This document shows positions 1 to 9,839 of a stretch of DNA of 52,858 bases, piece after piece. The stretch is from a virus (Duplodnaviria; Caudoviricetes). The notes under the pieces were generated by a model, which saw nothing but the letters and a program-made list of their open reading frames with translations, searched no databases and was not told the origin of the DNA. Position 1 is the stretch's first letter. The number at the start of each line of letters is the position of its first letter. A program made the position numbers and the translations under genes. Location of the stretch: positions 1-52,858 of the IMG/VR virus record IMGVR_UViG_3300008255_000161; one strand, given 5' to 3'.

Positions 1-140
1 CCGACGACACCGACGACCCGCTTGACGGCGAGTACGAGGACACCACTTTAACTGATCCAGACGACCCCCGCCGCGACGCCGAAACCACCGACGGACCTTC
101 ATTCGCTGACTTGGATGTGCCTGCCTATGCCTTGGGTTAA
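1..140 (+). CDS. 3' end of a truncated gene with an acidic C-terminus (possibly terminase small subunit)
   Basis: Frame 3 reads DDTDDPLDGEYEDTT...VPAYALG* with TAA at 138-140, overlapping the terL start; identity inferred from position only. Confidence 0.45.
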   Translation, partial: DDTDDPLDGEYEDTTLTDPDDPRRDAETTDGPSFADLDVPAYALG

Positions 141-1611
141 CCCGGCCACTCGCCCCACCCCGCCCACCCAATCACACGTGGAGTTCTCCCCACCTGTTTC
201 GACGGTACCGTTTCTGACCGGCGAGAAGTTTATTGAGTTGATTGTCGGCCCGCTGGGCTCGGCGAAAACCAGCGCGGCGATTATGAAAATTGCCTACCAC
301 GCAGCCAAGATGGCCAAGTGCACAGATGGCGTGCGGCGCTCGCGCTGCGTGTGGGTGCGGAACTCACGTGAGCAGCTGCGGGATACCAGCATACCGGACT
401 TTCTGAAATGGTTCCCTGACGGGCTGGCGGGTACCTTCCATAAGACGGAGTACAAATTCACGCTGCGCTTCGATGACGTGGAGTGTGAGGTACTGTGGCG
501 GGGTTTGGATGATCAGAATGACGTGCGCCGTCTGCTCTCGCTGCAGGCGAGCTTTGCGGTGTTTGATGAATTCCGGGAGATCCACCCGCAGATCTTTGAA
601 GCTATGCAGGGACGTCTGGGGCGTTATCCAGATAAAATGTTGGTGCCGCCGCGTGCCGAGTGGGGCGTGGACGATAAAGGGCATCCCATCGGTGGGTGTG
701 TGTACGAAAACGGGACCATGGCCAAGCGCATGTGGGGGGCGACTAACCCGCCCGACGCGGAGACGTACTGGGAGCGCTTTTTACGTGATCCACCGTCGAA
801 CGCGCACGTCACCTTCCAGCCCTCGGGGCTCAGCCCTGATGCGGACTGGCTGCAATTTCTCGACCCTGGCTACTATGAGAACTTGGCGCTGGGGAAAACC
901 GACGAGTGGATCGATGTCTATATCCATGCCAAGTTTGGTCGCAGTCTGTCGGGCAAGCCAGTGTACACCGGGTTTAACCGCGATTTCCACGTCTCCAAAA
1001 CCCCCTTGCAGCCCATCGTGTCGGCCGAGCGGCCGTTACTGATCGGAGTGGATCTCGGTCTTACACCCGCCTGCACCATCAGCCAGCAGGACTATTATGG
1101 GCGGGTGTTGACGTTCGCCGAGATAACGAGCACTAATATGGGCGCCACGCGGTTTATCCGTGACAAGCTCAGGCCCATGCTGGCTGAGCGGTTCCCAGGC
1201 CACCCCGTGGCGGTAATCTGCGACCCTGCCGGCACGCAGCGCGCGCAGACTGATGAAAGGATGGTGACGGAGGTGTTTCAAGCGCATGGCTTCAACATTA
1301 TCCCGGCGCGGACCAACGTGTTGGCGGCGCGGATTGCCGCGGTAGAAGGACTGTTGGCGGGGCAGGTGGACGGTGGCGCAAGGCACCTGATTGACTCACG
1401 GTGTAAGATGTTGATTGAGGGGATGACGGGGCGGTATCGGTTCAAAGTCGCCAAGGACGAGTCACTGGCACCCAAGCCGGACAAGAACCCGTGGAGCCAC
1501 GTGTGCGAAGCGCACCAGTATATGTCCCTGCACGTGGACGGGCTGTTCGGTGCCGTGCGGCGCACCGCAGCCAGACCAGTCGCCAAACGCCGCGCCGGAG
1601 GGTGGACATGA
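115..1611 (+). CDS. terL: Terminase large subunit
   Basis: Walker A-like GPLGSAKTS, VWVRNSREQL, Walker B AVFDE, coupling motif ATNPP, RNase H-like nuclease GVDLG/CDPAG/SHVCEA; real start may be ATG at 127. Confidence 0.92.
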   Translation: MCLPMPWVNPATRPTPPTQSHVEFSPPVSTVPFLTGEKFIELIVGPLGSAKTSAAIMKIAYHAAKMAKCTDGVRRSRCVWVRNSREQLRDTSIPDFLKWFPDGLAGTFHKTEYKFTLRFDDVECEVLWRGLDDQNDVRRLLSLQASFAVFDEFREIHPQIFEAMQGRLGRYPDKMLVPPRAEWGVDDKGHPIGGCVYENGTMAKRMWGATNPPDAETYWERFLRDPPSNAHVTFQPSGLSPDADWLQFLDPGYYENLALGKTDEWIDVYIHAKFGRSLSGKPVYTGFNRDFHVSKTPLQPIVSAERPLLIGVDLGLTPACTISQQDYYGRVLTFAEITSTNMGATRFIRDKLRPMLAERFPGHPVAVICDPAGTQRAQTDERMVTEVFQAHGFNIIPARTNVLAARIAAVEGLLAGQVDGGARHLIDSRCKMLIEGMTGRYRFKVAKDESLAPKPDKNPWSHVCEAHQYMSLHVDGLFGAVRRTAARPVAKRRAGGWT

Positions 1612-1889
1612 CCGCACAGCTGCACGACATCAAAGATAAAATCCCTAACCCGGCCACCGTAGCGGCGCTAGAGCGGTTGCTTGAGCAGGCCCGCCAAGGC
1701 GAGGTGCGGACCATCGCCTACATCCTGGGTTACGATGACGATGCGTTTACCCACGGGTGGGTGATCGATGCACGTAGTTCACCAAGGCGCCTATTAGGCC
1801 AGTCAGCGTTACTCAACTTCGACCTGCTGACCGACGTGGCGATACGTGATGGCGATACGCGTTTTGCCGGGGCTGTAAGGGGCGAGTAG
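1608..1889 (+). CDS. Hypothetical protein (93 aa)
   Basis: ATGA overlap with the terL stop; MTAQLHDIKDK... Confidence 0.7.
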   Translation: MTAQLHDIKDKIPNPATVAALERLLEQARQGEVRTIAYILGYDDDAFTHGWVIDARSSPRRLLGQSALLNFDLLTDVAIRDGDTRFAGAVRGE

Positions 1890-1952
1890 CCCTAGCGTTG
1901 CACAAGGCGTGTGCTATACTCGGGGGAAACACGTCTTCCGCTGAGGGCCGAC

Positions 1953-2582
1953 ATGACCGCGTTAACCACACTGCCCTACGACCTGCGATTAGTGCAGGGT
2001 AAGACGTTCACAGTCTCGTTTCGCTGGGCTGCGCCGCCCTACATTTACGCCGCCATAACAGCCATTGCCCAAACCGCGCCGTTACGCTTAACGGTACCCA
2101 CCCACGGAATGCCTGATGGGTGGCGGTTTGCCGTCGCCGGGGTAGGAGGCATGACATCACTTAACGCCTCTGCGGACCCGCCACGCCAGCGTGACTTTTT
2201 TACCGGTACCGTGGTCGATACCAACACCATTGATGTCAACGACGTCAACGGGACACTCCTCTCTGCCTACACCTCCGGTGGGCACATTCAGTTTTACACC
2301 CCTGTGGATATGGCCGCGATGACGGCGCGCATGATGATCCGCGATAAAGTCGGCGGCACTGTGTTGTGGGAAGGCACCAGCGATGTAGGGGATATTGCTA
2401 TTGACACCGCCAAAGCCCAGGTTGTTATCACGGTCGACTCAGTGTCCACGGCAGCCCTGGCTGATCTGCGGGGGGTGTATGACATCGAGATGGTAACGGA
2501 CGGCGGCGCCGATCCTGATGTAGTGAACTTACTCGCCAGCGGGCGGGTGTTCGTCGAGCGCGAGGCCAGCCATGCCGACTGA
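1953..2582 (+). CDS. Virion structural protein (adaptor/BppU-like beta domain with an inserted FCCH-like beta module)
   Basis: LRLVQGKTF...ARMMIRDKVGG...GVYDIEM...LASGRV pattern, interrupted by ITAIAQTAP..VPTHGM..GGMTSLN; ATG at 1953 after GAGG. Confidence 0.6.
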   Translation: MTALTTLPYDLRLVQGKTFTVSFRWAAPPYIYAAITAIAQTAPLRLTVPTHGMPDGWRFAVAGVGGMTSLNASADPPRQRDFFTGTVVDTNTIDVNDVNGTLLSAYTSGGHIQFYTPVDMAAMTARMMIRDKVGGTVLWEGTSDVGDIAIDTAKAQVVITVDSVSTAALADLRGVYDIEMVTDGGADPDVVNLLASGRVFVEREASHAD

Positions 2583-3048
2583 TGTGCTCATCGTTGAAAG
2601 CCAAGAAACGCTGGTGATCGTCGAGCCTGTTGAGCATGTCGTTGTAGTCGGTGCAAGCCAAGGCCCGTCCGGCCCTCCAGGCCCTGCGGGTCCGGGTGGC
2701 AGTGAAGTGCTGGTGCGGGCAGCCTCGGGAGCGATCGGTGGACACCGGGTCGTGGCGCTCACCAGCGATGACACTGTGGTATACGCCTCCTCGGCGGATA
2801 ACACCGGATACAGAGTCGTGGGGGTGAGTACTGGGGCAGCGGTGGATGGAGCCGACGTTACGGTGCAGCAAGTGGGGCTAGTCGCATGGCCCTCCAGTGC
2901 GTTCACTACTGGGCTACCGGTGTATTTAACAACTGACGGGTTGGTGTCACATACACCGCCCGCAACGGGTATCGTGCGCCAAGTCGGCATCGCCCTGGCG
3001 GCAAATAAACTACAAGTGGCCATTGGGCCAGCGTTCGTAAGGGGATAA
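2572..3048 (+). CDS. Virion decoration/spike protein (DUF2190-like) with a short collagen-like GPSGPPGPAG stretch
   Basis: ASGAIGGHRVV...VVGVS..A..G..VTVQQVG...GLPVYL..DG pattern. Confidence 0.6.
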   Translation: MPTDVLIVESQETLVIVEPVEHVVVVGASQGPSGPPGPAGPGGSEVLVRAASGAIGGHRVVALTSDDTVVYASSADNTGYRVVGVSTGAAVDGADVTVQQVGLVAWPSSAFTTGLPVYLTTDGLVSHTPPATGIVRQVGIALAANKLQVAIGPAFVRG

Positions 3049-3051
3049 CAG

Positions 3052-3558
3052 ATGGCTGATAAACCGATTTATTTAGTGAGTGGGGTACCGACCGAGCGCG
3101 AGCTGATTACCTCGTCTGCGGGTGCGGGGGATGCAGGTAAGGGCATTGGTTTGGACGCGGCGGGTAAGCTCCATACCTCGTTCATGCCGACCGGGATCGC
3201 GGCGGATACGGCGTCTATCGTATCCTCTGAGAACCTTGCCAGCGGTGATTTCGTTAATATCTGGGATGACTCTGGCACGCCTAAAGCGCGCAAAGCGGAC
3301 GCAACCACGGCGGGTAAAGAGGCCCACGGGTTCGTCCTGGCAGCAGTAACATCGCCCGCTGCAGCGACGGTGTATTTTGAAGGTAGTAACGACCAAGTGT
3401 CGGGTGCGACAGGCGGACCGGTATACCTGTCCACCACACCGGGTGGGTTTACGTCGACGCCGCCTTCGTCTGCGGGTAACGTCGTCCAGCGCGTTGGTGT
3501 GGCCACCGCAGCGGCTAATATCAACGTCGAAGTTGGTCAGCATTACGTACTGGCATAA
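3052..3558 (+). CDS. Virion decoration/spike protein (DUF2190-like), paralogous fold to the upstream gene
   Basis: ENLASGDFVN...KADAT...AHGFV...GGPVYLSTTPG...QRVGVA. Confidence 0.6.
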   Translation: MADKPIYLVSGVPTERELITSSAGAGDAGKGIGLDAAGKLHTSFMPTGIAADTASIVSSENLASGDFVNIWDDSGTPKARKADATTAGKEAHGFVLAAVTSPAAATVYFEGSNDQVSGATGGPVYLSTTPGGFTSTPPSSAGNVVQRVGVATAAANINVEVGQHYVLA

Positions 3559-3569
3559 GGGGGTAGATC

Positions 3570-4742
3570 GTGGCAGAGAAGAAACCGTTATCGCTCGAAG
3601 CCGGCGTACCAACGCAGCTCAGTAGCTCGGATACTCTCCCTGCTGCGAATATGCCCTATGCGATGGATCAGCCTGTTCGTACTACTGACACGATTACAGT
3701 CGCCAACGCCACCGCTGGCGGGCACGCGGTTAACCGTGATACCGGCGATGGGCGGTATGGCCGGCTTTCAACGGATAACAATTTAACCGGAAACCTTGGT
3801 GTTGGTAGAACGCCGGATGTACGGCTAGACGTACTAGCTAACGAAGGGTTGCCCGTAGCGCGGCTACAGAATAACGACACGACTAATGGGTTTGGTCTAA
3901 AAATAAATGCTGGCGGGAGTGCTGCTAACCGTTACGCATTGTTGGTAGCTAATCAAGCAGACAGCGACGATTTCCTCCGCGTATCAACTGAGACAGGGAA
4001 AGTCGGGCGGCTAGAAGCATTTAAAGGTGTTGACGTAACCGGCGCAATCACTGTGATAACAACCACGCCAATTGCGGCATCTTTAACGTCAAACGGCTCA
4101 AACGGTGGAAACCCCACTCTTTTGCTCAGTGATACGACAAACGGCGTAGATATAGTTTTGTCGTCGTCGGCAGGGAAGGCTGAGATAGGTACATTCGGGG
4201 CGCACCCGTTGATATTACGCACCTCTAACACTGATAGGGTAACACTGCCCTCTGCCGGAGGGATGGAAGTAACCGGCGCAGGCAGCTTTACAACCGGCGT
4301 CGTGGTGGCGACTGGGCAGGATGTTTTAGAGAATAACAAACAGGACACGTACACAGCTACCCTGACGTGCGGTACAAGCGGAACGATAACGCTTAATTCA
4401 ACGCTCGGAGACACGCTGAGCTATACCCGCATCGGTAATATGTGCCATGTTACTGGATTCCTAACAGCAAGTTCTGTCAGTTCCCCCCTGGGGTCTTTAA
4501 CTCTCAATCTGCCGTTGGTTTCCGCTAACACGGCAAAGCGCTCGGCTTGGGCGTGTGGAAAAATTAGTATCGCAGGTGCAGCGACAAAAAATATTAATGA
4601 GTTTGATATTATTATCTCGAATAGCTCGTCAACCGCTCTTATCTACATAACCGATGCAGGCGTGTATGTTGACGCAGCAGCAGAAATCCAAGGGGGCGGT
4701 TTTTCAGATATACGAATCTCGTTTAGTTACCCAGTCGCATAA
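3570..4742 (+). CDS. Tail fibre / receptor-binding protein
   Basis: Thr/Gly/Asn-rich; GNLGVGRTP..RLDV, HPLILRTSNTDRVT and C-terminal YTRIGNMCHV motifs typical of fibre tips; more AT-rich than flanks. Confidence 0.75.
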   Translation: MAEKKPLSLEAGVPTQLSSSDTLPAANMPYAMDQPVRTTDTITVANATAGGHAVNRDTGDGRYGRLSTDNNLTGNLGVGRTPDVRLDVLANEGLPVARLQNNDTTNGFGLKINAGGSAANRYALLVANQADSDDFLRVSTETGKVGRLEAFKGVDVTGAITVITTTPIAASLTSNGSNGGNPTLLLSDTTNGVDIVLSSSAGKAEIGTFGAHPLILRTSNTDRVTLPSAGGMEVTGAGSFTTGVVVATGQDVLENNKQDTYTATLTCGTSGTITLNSTLGDTLSYTRIGNMCHVTGFLTASSVSSPLGSLTLNLPLVSANTAKRSAWACGKISIAGAATKNINEFDIIISNSSSTALIYITDAGVYVDAAAEIQGGGFSDIRISFSYPVA

Positions 4743-4757
4743 CAGGAGCCAAACAAA

Positions 4758-5165
4758 ATGCCAATCAAAATCACCTCAATAGAAATCACTAACAGCGGCG
4801 TCAACATTCTTGGCGACGAGGTAGAAATCCTTGAGCTAGCAGACGGCACGACACGCGAGTTAAAAGTGCGTGGCTATGCTGCACCGTGCGGCATAAACGA
4901 CGGCAAAGACATTGGCGCTCACATGACTAAAATCCTGGGCGAGGCGGTTGCGCTACCAATTGCCGAACGTGCGGTATTGCAAGCTGAGCGCAACCAAGAG
5001 CGCGCCGCCAAGCAAGCCCTTGAAACCGAACTACAAACAGAGCGGGCTGCACGCCAGCTTGCTGAAGCGCAAAAGGAAGTTGCACTAGCTGAAGTAGAGA
5101 GAGTGCGCAATGAGAAACCTATTAGTATCCGCGATCCTGATAGCAATATTCCTGTGGGCCGGTAA
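4758..5165 (+). CDS. Hypothetical coiled-coil protein, possible fibre chaperone
   Basis: Strong RBS (CAGGAG); Ala/Glu/Arg heptads in the C-half; follows the fibre gene. Confidence 0.55.
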   Translation: MPIKITSIEITNSGVNILGDEVEILELADGTTRELKVRGYAAPCGINDGKDIGAHMTKILGEAVALPIAERAVLQAERNQERAAKQALETELQTERAARQLAEAQKEVALAEVERVRNEKPISIRDPDSNIPVGR

Positions 5166-5538
5166 TACCCGAGCAGAGTTAGCAATAAACCTGCATGGGT
5201 ACAGTAAACATTTTGGCGAGCACCCCGATCTCGTCAATAGCAAGCACGACCTTATCGGCGTGGAGTATTGCGACGCTAATTTTTGCGGTAGTTACGCCCA
5301 CTTCCGCGACGCCTATAACTACAAAAATAACGCCTACGGGCTGCACTCCCGCTACGCACTAACCGACTACATAACGCTAGGTGCTATGGGCGCCTATGTG
5401 ACGCGCTACAAGCCCCGCATGGGCCTAGCGCCCGAACTAATCCTTCATATCGAAGGCGCTGGTGTTCGCATTATGTGCCTACCCGCCTACGAAGAACGCC
5501 CACCCCACTGTACGATCAACACGAGGATTGCATTTTGA
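5110..5538 (+). CDS. Exported protein, putative small outer-membrane beta-barrel (PagP-like pattern)
   Basis: Signal peptide MRNLLVSAILIAIFLWAGNTRA, GYSKHF..N..H..IGVEY pattern, alternating strands, terminal Phe. Confidence 0.5.
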   Translation: MRNLLVSAILIAIFLWAGNTRAELAINLHGYSKHFGEHPDLVNSKHDLIGVEYCDANFCGSYAHFRDAYNYKNNAYGLHSRYALTDYITLGAMGAYVTRYKPRMGLAPELILHIEGAGVRIMCLPAYEERPPHCTINTRIAF

Positions 5539-5930
5539 ATTATTTGATCTGGATCGGATTTGCCTTTTTAGTTGTTTTCGGCCAGCCAATTCAAGCTGCC
5601 GAAGATCCCACCGCACCACCGGCCGAAGCCGTATACGCCCGCGTGGCCGAGCTGTGCTGGGAGGCGCCCGCCGCGTATGCCAACGGCACGCCGCTCGATC
5701 CGCTTACAGAAATCGCTCAATATGAAGTCGAGGTGCAACAGCCCTCGGGTATTACCACGCATACGGCGGGGAAAGAAGTCACATACTCCCACCTGATAAC
5801 GGCTAACGGGGAGCATTGCTTTCGGGTTCGCGCCCAAGCTACCAACCTGATGTTCAGTGAATGGGCGGCGCCAGTGTGTACGGACATTCAATCCGCGCCC
5901 ATGCGCATAGAAATGAGGTTCTGCAAATGA
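5535..5930 (+). CDS. Exported fibronectin type III-like protein
   Basis: TTG start overlapping the previous TGA; signal peptide ending IQA; LCWEAP...NGTPL...YEV...CFRVRA...SEW. Confidence 0.6.
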   Translation: MNYLIWIGFAFLVVFGQPIQAAEDPTAPPAEAVYARVAELCWEAPAAYANGTPLDPLTEIAQYEVEVQQPSGITTHTAGKEVTYSHLITANGEHCFRVRAQATNLMFSEWAAPVCTDIQSAPMRIEMRFCK

Positions 5931-6406
5931 CGGAGGACAACACGCGGGTATTATTCCAGCGCTGCGATGAACTACGCGCGGAGCATAACAGCATGTATAA
6001 ACGCCTCGCGGACGTTGATGCCCGCGTATCGTCCCAAGAGCGCATGACCCAGCAAGTGATGGCCAGCATTGCCGATCACCGCGCAGAGCTAAAAAAGGAG
6101 ATGGCCGAGCTAAAAACCGAGCTGGGGCGTCAGGTTGGGGAAGTGCTTGGAGTTACCCAAGCCATTCATAAGGAGCTGAAAGAGACCCGCGAAAAGCACG
6201 AGCGTGAACTGATCACAGTTAAAGAGCGCCACGACGCTGTTATCGATGTGGTTAAGGCGGATGTGGCGGACGTTAGAAACAAGCAATCCAAGACTGAGGG
6301 CGGCATCGACATGGCCAAGTGGCTAATCGAAGGTTTGAAAGTCACCGCAGCGGGCGGCTCTGGCGCACTGGCCGCGTGGTTAGCACTCAACGCGCCGGGG
6401 GTGTGA
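5927..6406 (+). CDS. Coiled-coil protein with C-terminal hydrophobic segment (putative holin/antiholin)
   Basis: ATGA overlap; long coiled coil then AAGGSGALAAWLAL; first gene of the lysis cluster. Confidence 0.45.
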   Translation: MTEDNTRVLFQRCDELRAEHNSMYKRLADVDARVSSQERMTQQVMASIADHRAELKKEMAELKTELGRQVGEVLGVTQAIHKELKETREKHERELITVKERHDAVIDVVKADVADVRNKQSKTEGGIDMAKWLIEGLKVTAAGGSGALAAWLALNAPGV

Positions 6407-6407
6407 A

Positions 6408-6638
6408 ATGGACATAGCAGGGTTAGTAAAAGCGGCTTTCTCCGCGTTGGCCAGCTTGTTCGACTGGCGCGCTAAGGAAGCCGCCAACAAGCCGGATAAG
6501 GACAAGGCCGAGACGCTGGAACGCGCCACCCAAGCTGTGGAAAAAGCCCAGGCCGGGCAGCGCGAGGAACAGCGCAAACTGGAAGCCGAGCTGAAGGAAG
6601 GGCCGCCGAAACACAACCGCTTTGGAGACGACTGGTGA
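6408..6638 (+). CDS. Putative i-spanin (Rz-like)
   Basis: N-terminal hydrophobic helix plus charged coiled coil, overlapping a lipoprotein gene. Confidence 0.5.
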   Translation: MDIAGLVKAAFSALASLFDWRAKEAANKPDKDKAETLERATQAVEKAQAGQREEQRKLEAELKEGPPKHNRFGDDW

Positions 6639-6856
6639 GATACTTACTGATTGCCTTACTCCTGACTGGCTGCGCCTCCAAGCCCAGCACTTTCTACCTG
6701 ACCAAACCGCCCCGGCCCGTCCTGCCGACGTGGGAACTGGCCGAGATGGAGTGCTTGCCTAAAGAGCTGCGGGATCGGATGGTTATGCGCGACGCAATGC
6801 GCAAGTGGTACGCCGAAAGCCTGGAGGCCGTTATTGACTCCACGAGAGAGCGATAA
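6635..6856 (+). CDS. Lipoprotein, putative o-spanin (Rz1-like)
   Basis: Lipobox LLTG-C followed by Pro-rich KPPRPVLP. Confidence 0.65.
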   Translation: MRYLLIALLLTGCASKPSTFYLTKPPRPVLPTWELAEMECLPKELRDRMVMRDAMRKWYAESLEAVIDSTRER

Positions 6857-6927
6857 CTAACCGCAGTGATAGACCCAAAGAGTCTACGGCTTTTATAGGC
6901 AAGTGGTGGCGTGTCTGCTATAGGTAT

Positions 6928-7428
6928 ATGTATGCCTTAGGAGTAGACAGTATGGTAGAAACCGGGCACTTCGTGCAGTTAACACGACAGGCGTATTTCC
7001 CCTGGGGTACGTTTGGCGAGATCAACATTGGCGGCAGACGGTTAACTACCTGCGAAGCCCCTTGGCTAGACAACACCCCCTTTACTTCCTGCATCCCTGA
7101 AGGCATCTACGAGGTGATACGGCACCGATCGCCGCGCTTTGGCGATTGCTTTGCTATCGTGGGTGAAGGAGTTGGGTTAACTCAGGGGGCTGCGGAGCGG
7201 TGGGGTGTTTTGTTCCACGTCGCCAACTTCCCCGACGAACTGCAAGGCTGTATTGCGCCGGGGTTGAGTCTGGGGATTATACCCTTGGGCGCGCGGGAGT
7301 TCCCCCGCTGTCTGGGCGTAACGCGCTCACGGGCGGCGTTTGCCCACATGATGAATGTCTTACCGGACATGTGGCACTTGGAGATAACCCACATCGAAGC
7401 ACAGGGCCTTATGAGGGTTGAAGAATGA
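6928..7428 (+). CDS. Putative endolysin, DUF5675-like (L,D-transpeptidase-type His/Cys)
   Basis: GTFG...TCEAPW.DN....SCIPEGIY...GVLFHVAN...LQGCIAPG; start may be ATG at 6952. Confidence 0.75.
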   Translation: MYALGVDSMVETGHFVQLTRQAYFPWGTFGEINIGGRRLTTCEAPWLDNTPFTSCIPEGIYEVIRHRSPRFGDCFAIVGEGVGLTQGAAERWGVLFHVANFPDELQGCIAPGLSLGIIPLGAREFPRCLGVTRSRAAFAHMMNVLPDMWHLEITHIEAQGLMRVEE

Positions 7429-8045
7429 AGTACCTCCTGATTCATGGGTTTAATGTATCGGACTCGGGCGCCGGATCGGTTGCTACGCTCATCCCTGATC
7501 TGACGTATCACGGTATTCGTACCGAGAATTTCAGCTACCCCTGGACGTTTTTATTCAGTCTGGCGCTGCGTACTGAAGAGGCGGTGTCCAGGCTTATCCA
7601 GGAGGTGGGTAACGAGCCGATTGGGATCATCGCCCACAGCCATGGGTGTGTTATCGCTAACGAAGCAGCCAAGCGCGGCGTTGACGTCAGACACCTAGTT
7701 GCGATACAACCTGCGATGCGGCGCAGAACCAAGTTCGCGGCGTGTTATCGACGCGTCGATGTGGTCTATAACGAAGGCGATTACACGGTAGAGTTCGCCC
7801 GCCTGTGGCGCGAAATAGCCAACGCGATGCCGTGGCGCAGACAGTTCAAACACCAGTGGGGGGCTATGGGACGCAGGGGGTACGAGGGTGATGATACGCG
7901 GGTCCATGAGCTGGAGCTGGATTCAGAGTTGGGACATTCGGGGGTGTTCGAGTCTAAGCACACTCGCAGACTTGTTGCGCTGCGCGCGCTGATGTTCCGC
8001 TCAACGTACCCGGAGTTCTTCTACGGAGATCGCCGTGGAGGGTAA
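7425..8045 (+). CDS. Alpha/beta hydrolase (lipase/esterase-like)
   Basis: LIHGF oxyanion motif, AHSHG nucleophile elbow, N.GD acid, GHS catalytic His. Confidence 0.8.
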   Translation: MKYLLIHGFNVSDSGAGSVATLIPDLTYHGIRTENFSYPWTFLFSLALRTEEAVSRLIQEVGNEPIGIIAHSHGCVIANEAAKRGVDVRHLVAIQPAMRRRTKFAACYRRVDVVYNEGDYTVEFARLWREIANAMPWRRQFKHQWGAMGRRGYEGDDTRVHELELDSELGHSGVFESKHTRRLVALRALMFRSTYPEFFYGDRRGG

Positions 8046-9822
8046 GGATCTCTTCAAGCCGTTCCGGTTTCGTATGGCGGGGGATGAACAACCCCCCGCG
8101 CGTTACCACGCTTTCGCCCGCCGTTTGATGCAGAGAGCCCGCCAAACCGCCGCTGTAGTAGGTGGGGGGATCTGGGCGCAGAAAGAGACCCTGGACGATG
8201 GCACGATCCTACACGCTACGCTGGTGGGGGGTATCGACACGGTGTGGGTAACGCCGGCAGTACGGAGGGTTGAGGCTATAGAAGAGGGGCAGATCAAGGT
8301 ACCCTCGCGCACAGAAGGGAGGTTCTGGGCCAGTGTGCGGTACAATTGGGCACTACCGGTGTTATTTGGGCCTAGTGCTGATATGCAATGGCCGGAGTCT
8401 GGACCTGAAGCAGTCCCGGTATACGATATAGCTACGCCGGGTGTCGACCTTAACCACTATACCTCTACACAGGCGGCGGTAAACTATAATTTCCAGATCC
8501 GGGGAGGTAACACGGACCCCGTCACACGTTTCCTCGGGTCTAGCCATTATATCAGCCACTCCACTTATGCCAACGACCGCGAGGTAGCTAGTGAGTTTGG
8601 CGAGGTGCAGGGGTATGTAACTCAGACGCTTACAGAATCCATAGCAGGATTCCTCTTCCAAGTATCCCGCACTTTGCCTGACGTAATACATCGCATAGAG
8701 CTAGGCGAGGAATACAGCGAAGACATACAGTACGCGGATCAAGTACACCCCGTTTCTGCCTATATGGACTATTGGGAAGAGTTAACTGCTACGGGTTATG
8801 GGTACAATCCATCGGGACACTACCCTGTAGCTGCGCTAACGGCGGATTTAGAAAACTTCCTGTTCGTACCCATGCAAGACTTCACCAATAGCAAGTACTA
8901 CCGCCTGCAGTGGCTGGGTGATGACTACTGGGAGACCCTGGTAACACACAGTAATACCGCACAGGCGGCTAACGTAAGGTTCGTCCTGTATAGGAATACG
9001 GAGATGTATCGGTCGTATACCCTCGGAGAATTAGGCGGCGCGTATTCTACCAGCACCGTAGCGTATGCAGGGGATTACAATACGGCGGGCTGGCTGGCAG
9101 CCCAAGATGAGGTACCCCGCCTGCGGCTTGCGGCTTACGTCCACGCGCACATGTGTACTGGGTTCTTCCCGTTTGCGTACCCCGTAGCGGACGGCACGCC
9201 GGGGTATGTGTTCAGTATGCAACATACCCACCCGATAGAGACCGGATTCGACGTGTATGACTCCCCCAACCTTGGGTACTTAAAATTTAGAAACACGTTC
9301 GGAGGCTACACTACGATATGTACCGAGGAAGGGTTATTTTGGATCTGCGATTTTCAGATCTACGGCCCTAGCCTCTGGGTTCTCGATAGAGGAGTGTATT
9401 TTTTCCCTGCCAAAGACGTGCAGGACGGGCATGTGGTACTGGATTGGGAAGACGTCTGTCTGCTGCAACCGCTCCCTGCAGGTGCGGGGAATGATCGCTT
9501 CGAGCACGCAACGCTAAGTGTACTAGAACGCGAGGGGCGCAAGTTCGTGGCGCTTTGGTTTGCCTATGATTATTCAATATACGACCTAACCGCGTATACG
9601 AAATACCTGCGCGATAACCCGACAGGCCCACAGCAGGCCAAGAAATGGATGACTATCGAAGGTAATCTATGGTGGTGGCTACCGCCAGGAGAGATCGAAT
9701 TCGAACTACCTCGGTATGGTAAGGAACAGTTGTTTGTTTGGCATACCAACGCGAACATCACCAACTCTGGGTACGTACCCAAAAAGAACTATTTGCCGGA
9801 ATGGATGCACGCCTTTTATTGA
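8035..9822 (+). CDS. Putative virion/tail protein (595 aa)
   Basis: Long Tyr/Trp-rich ORF within the structural operon; no catalytic motif recognised. Confidence 0.55.
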   Translation: MEGKDLFKPFRFRMAGDEQPPARYHAFARRLMQRARQTAAVVGGGIWAQKETLDDGTILHATLVGGIDTVWVTPAVRRVEAIEEGQIKVPSRTEGRFWASVRYNWALPVLFGPSADMQWPESGPEAVPVYDIATPGVDLNHYTSTQAAVNYNFQIRGGNTDPVTRFLGSSHYISHSTYANDREVASEFGEVQGYVTQTLTESIAGFLFQVSRTLPDVIHRIELGEEYSEDIQYADQVHPVSAYMDYWEELTATGYGYNPSGHYPVAALTADLENFLFVPMQDFTNSKYYRLQWLGDDYWETLVTHSNTAQAANVRFVLYRNTEMYRSYTLGELGGAYSTSTVAYAGDYNTAGWLAAQDEVPRLRLAAYVHAHMCTGFFPFAYPVADGTPGYVFSMQHTHPIETGFDVYDSPNLGYLKFRNTFGGYTTICTEEGLFWICDFQIYGPSLWVLDRGVYFFPAKDVQDGHVVLDWEDVCLLQPLPAGAGNDRFEHATLSVLEREGRKFVALWFAYDYSIYDLTAYTKYLRDNPTGPQQAKKWMTIEGNLWWWLPPGEIEFELPRYGKEQLFVWHTNANITNSGYVPKKNYLPEWMHAFY

Positions 9823-9839
9823 GGTGCTAAACTCTTGAC

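Noticed and set aside
1890-1920. Promoter upstream of the 1953 gene (TGC-TATACT extended -10)
   Set aside because: No credible -35; too weak to call without TSS data
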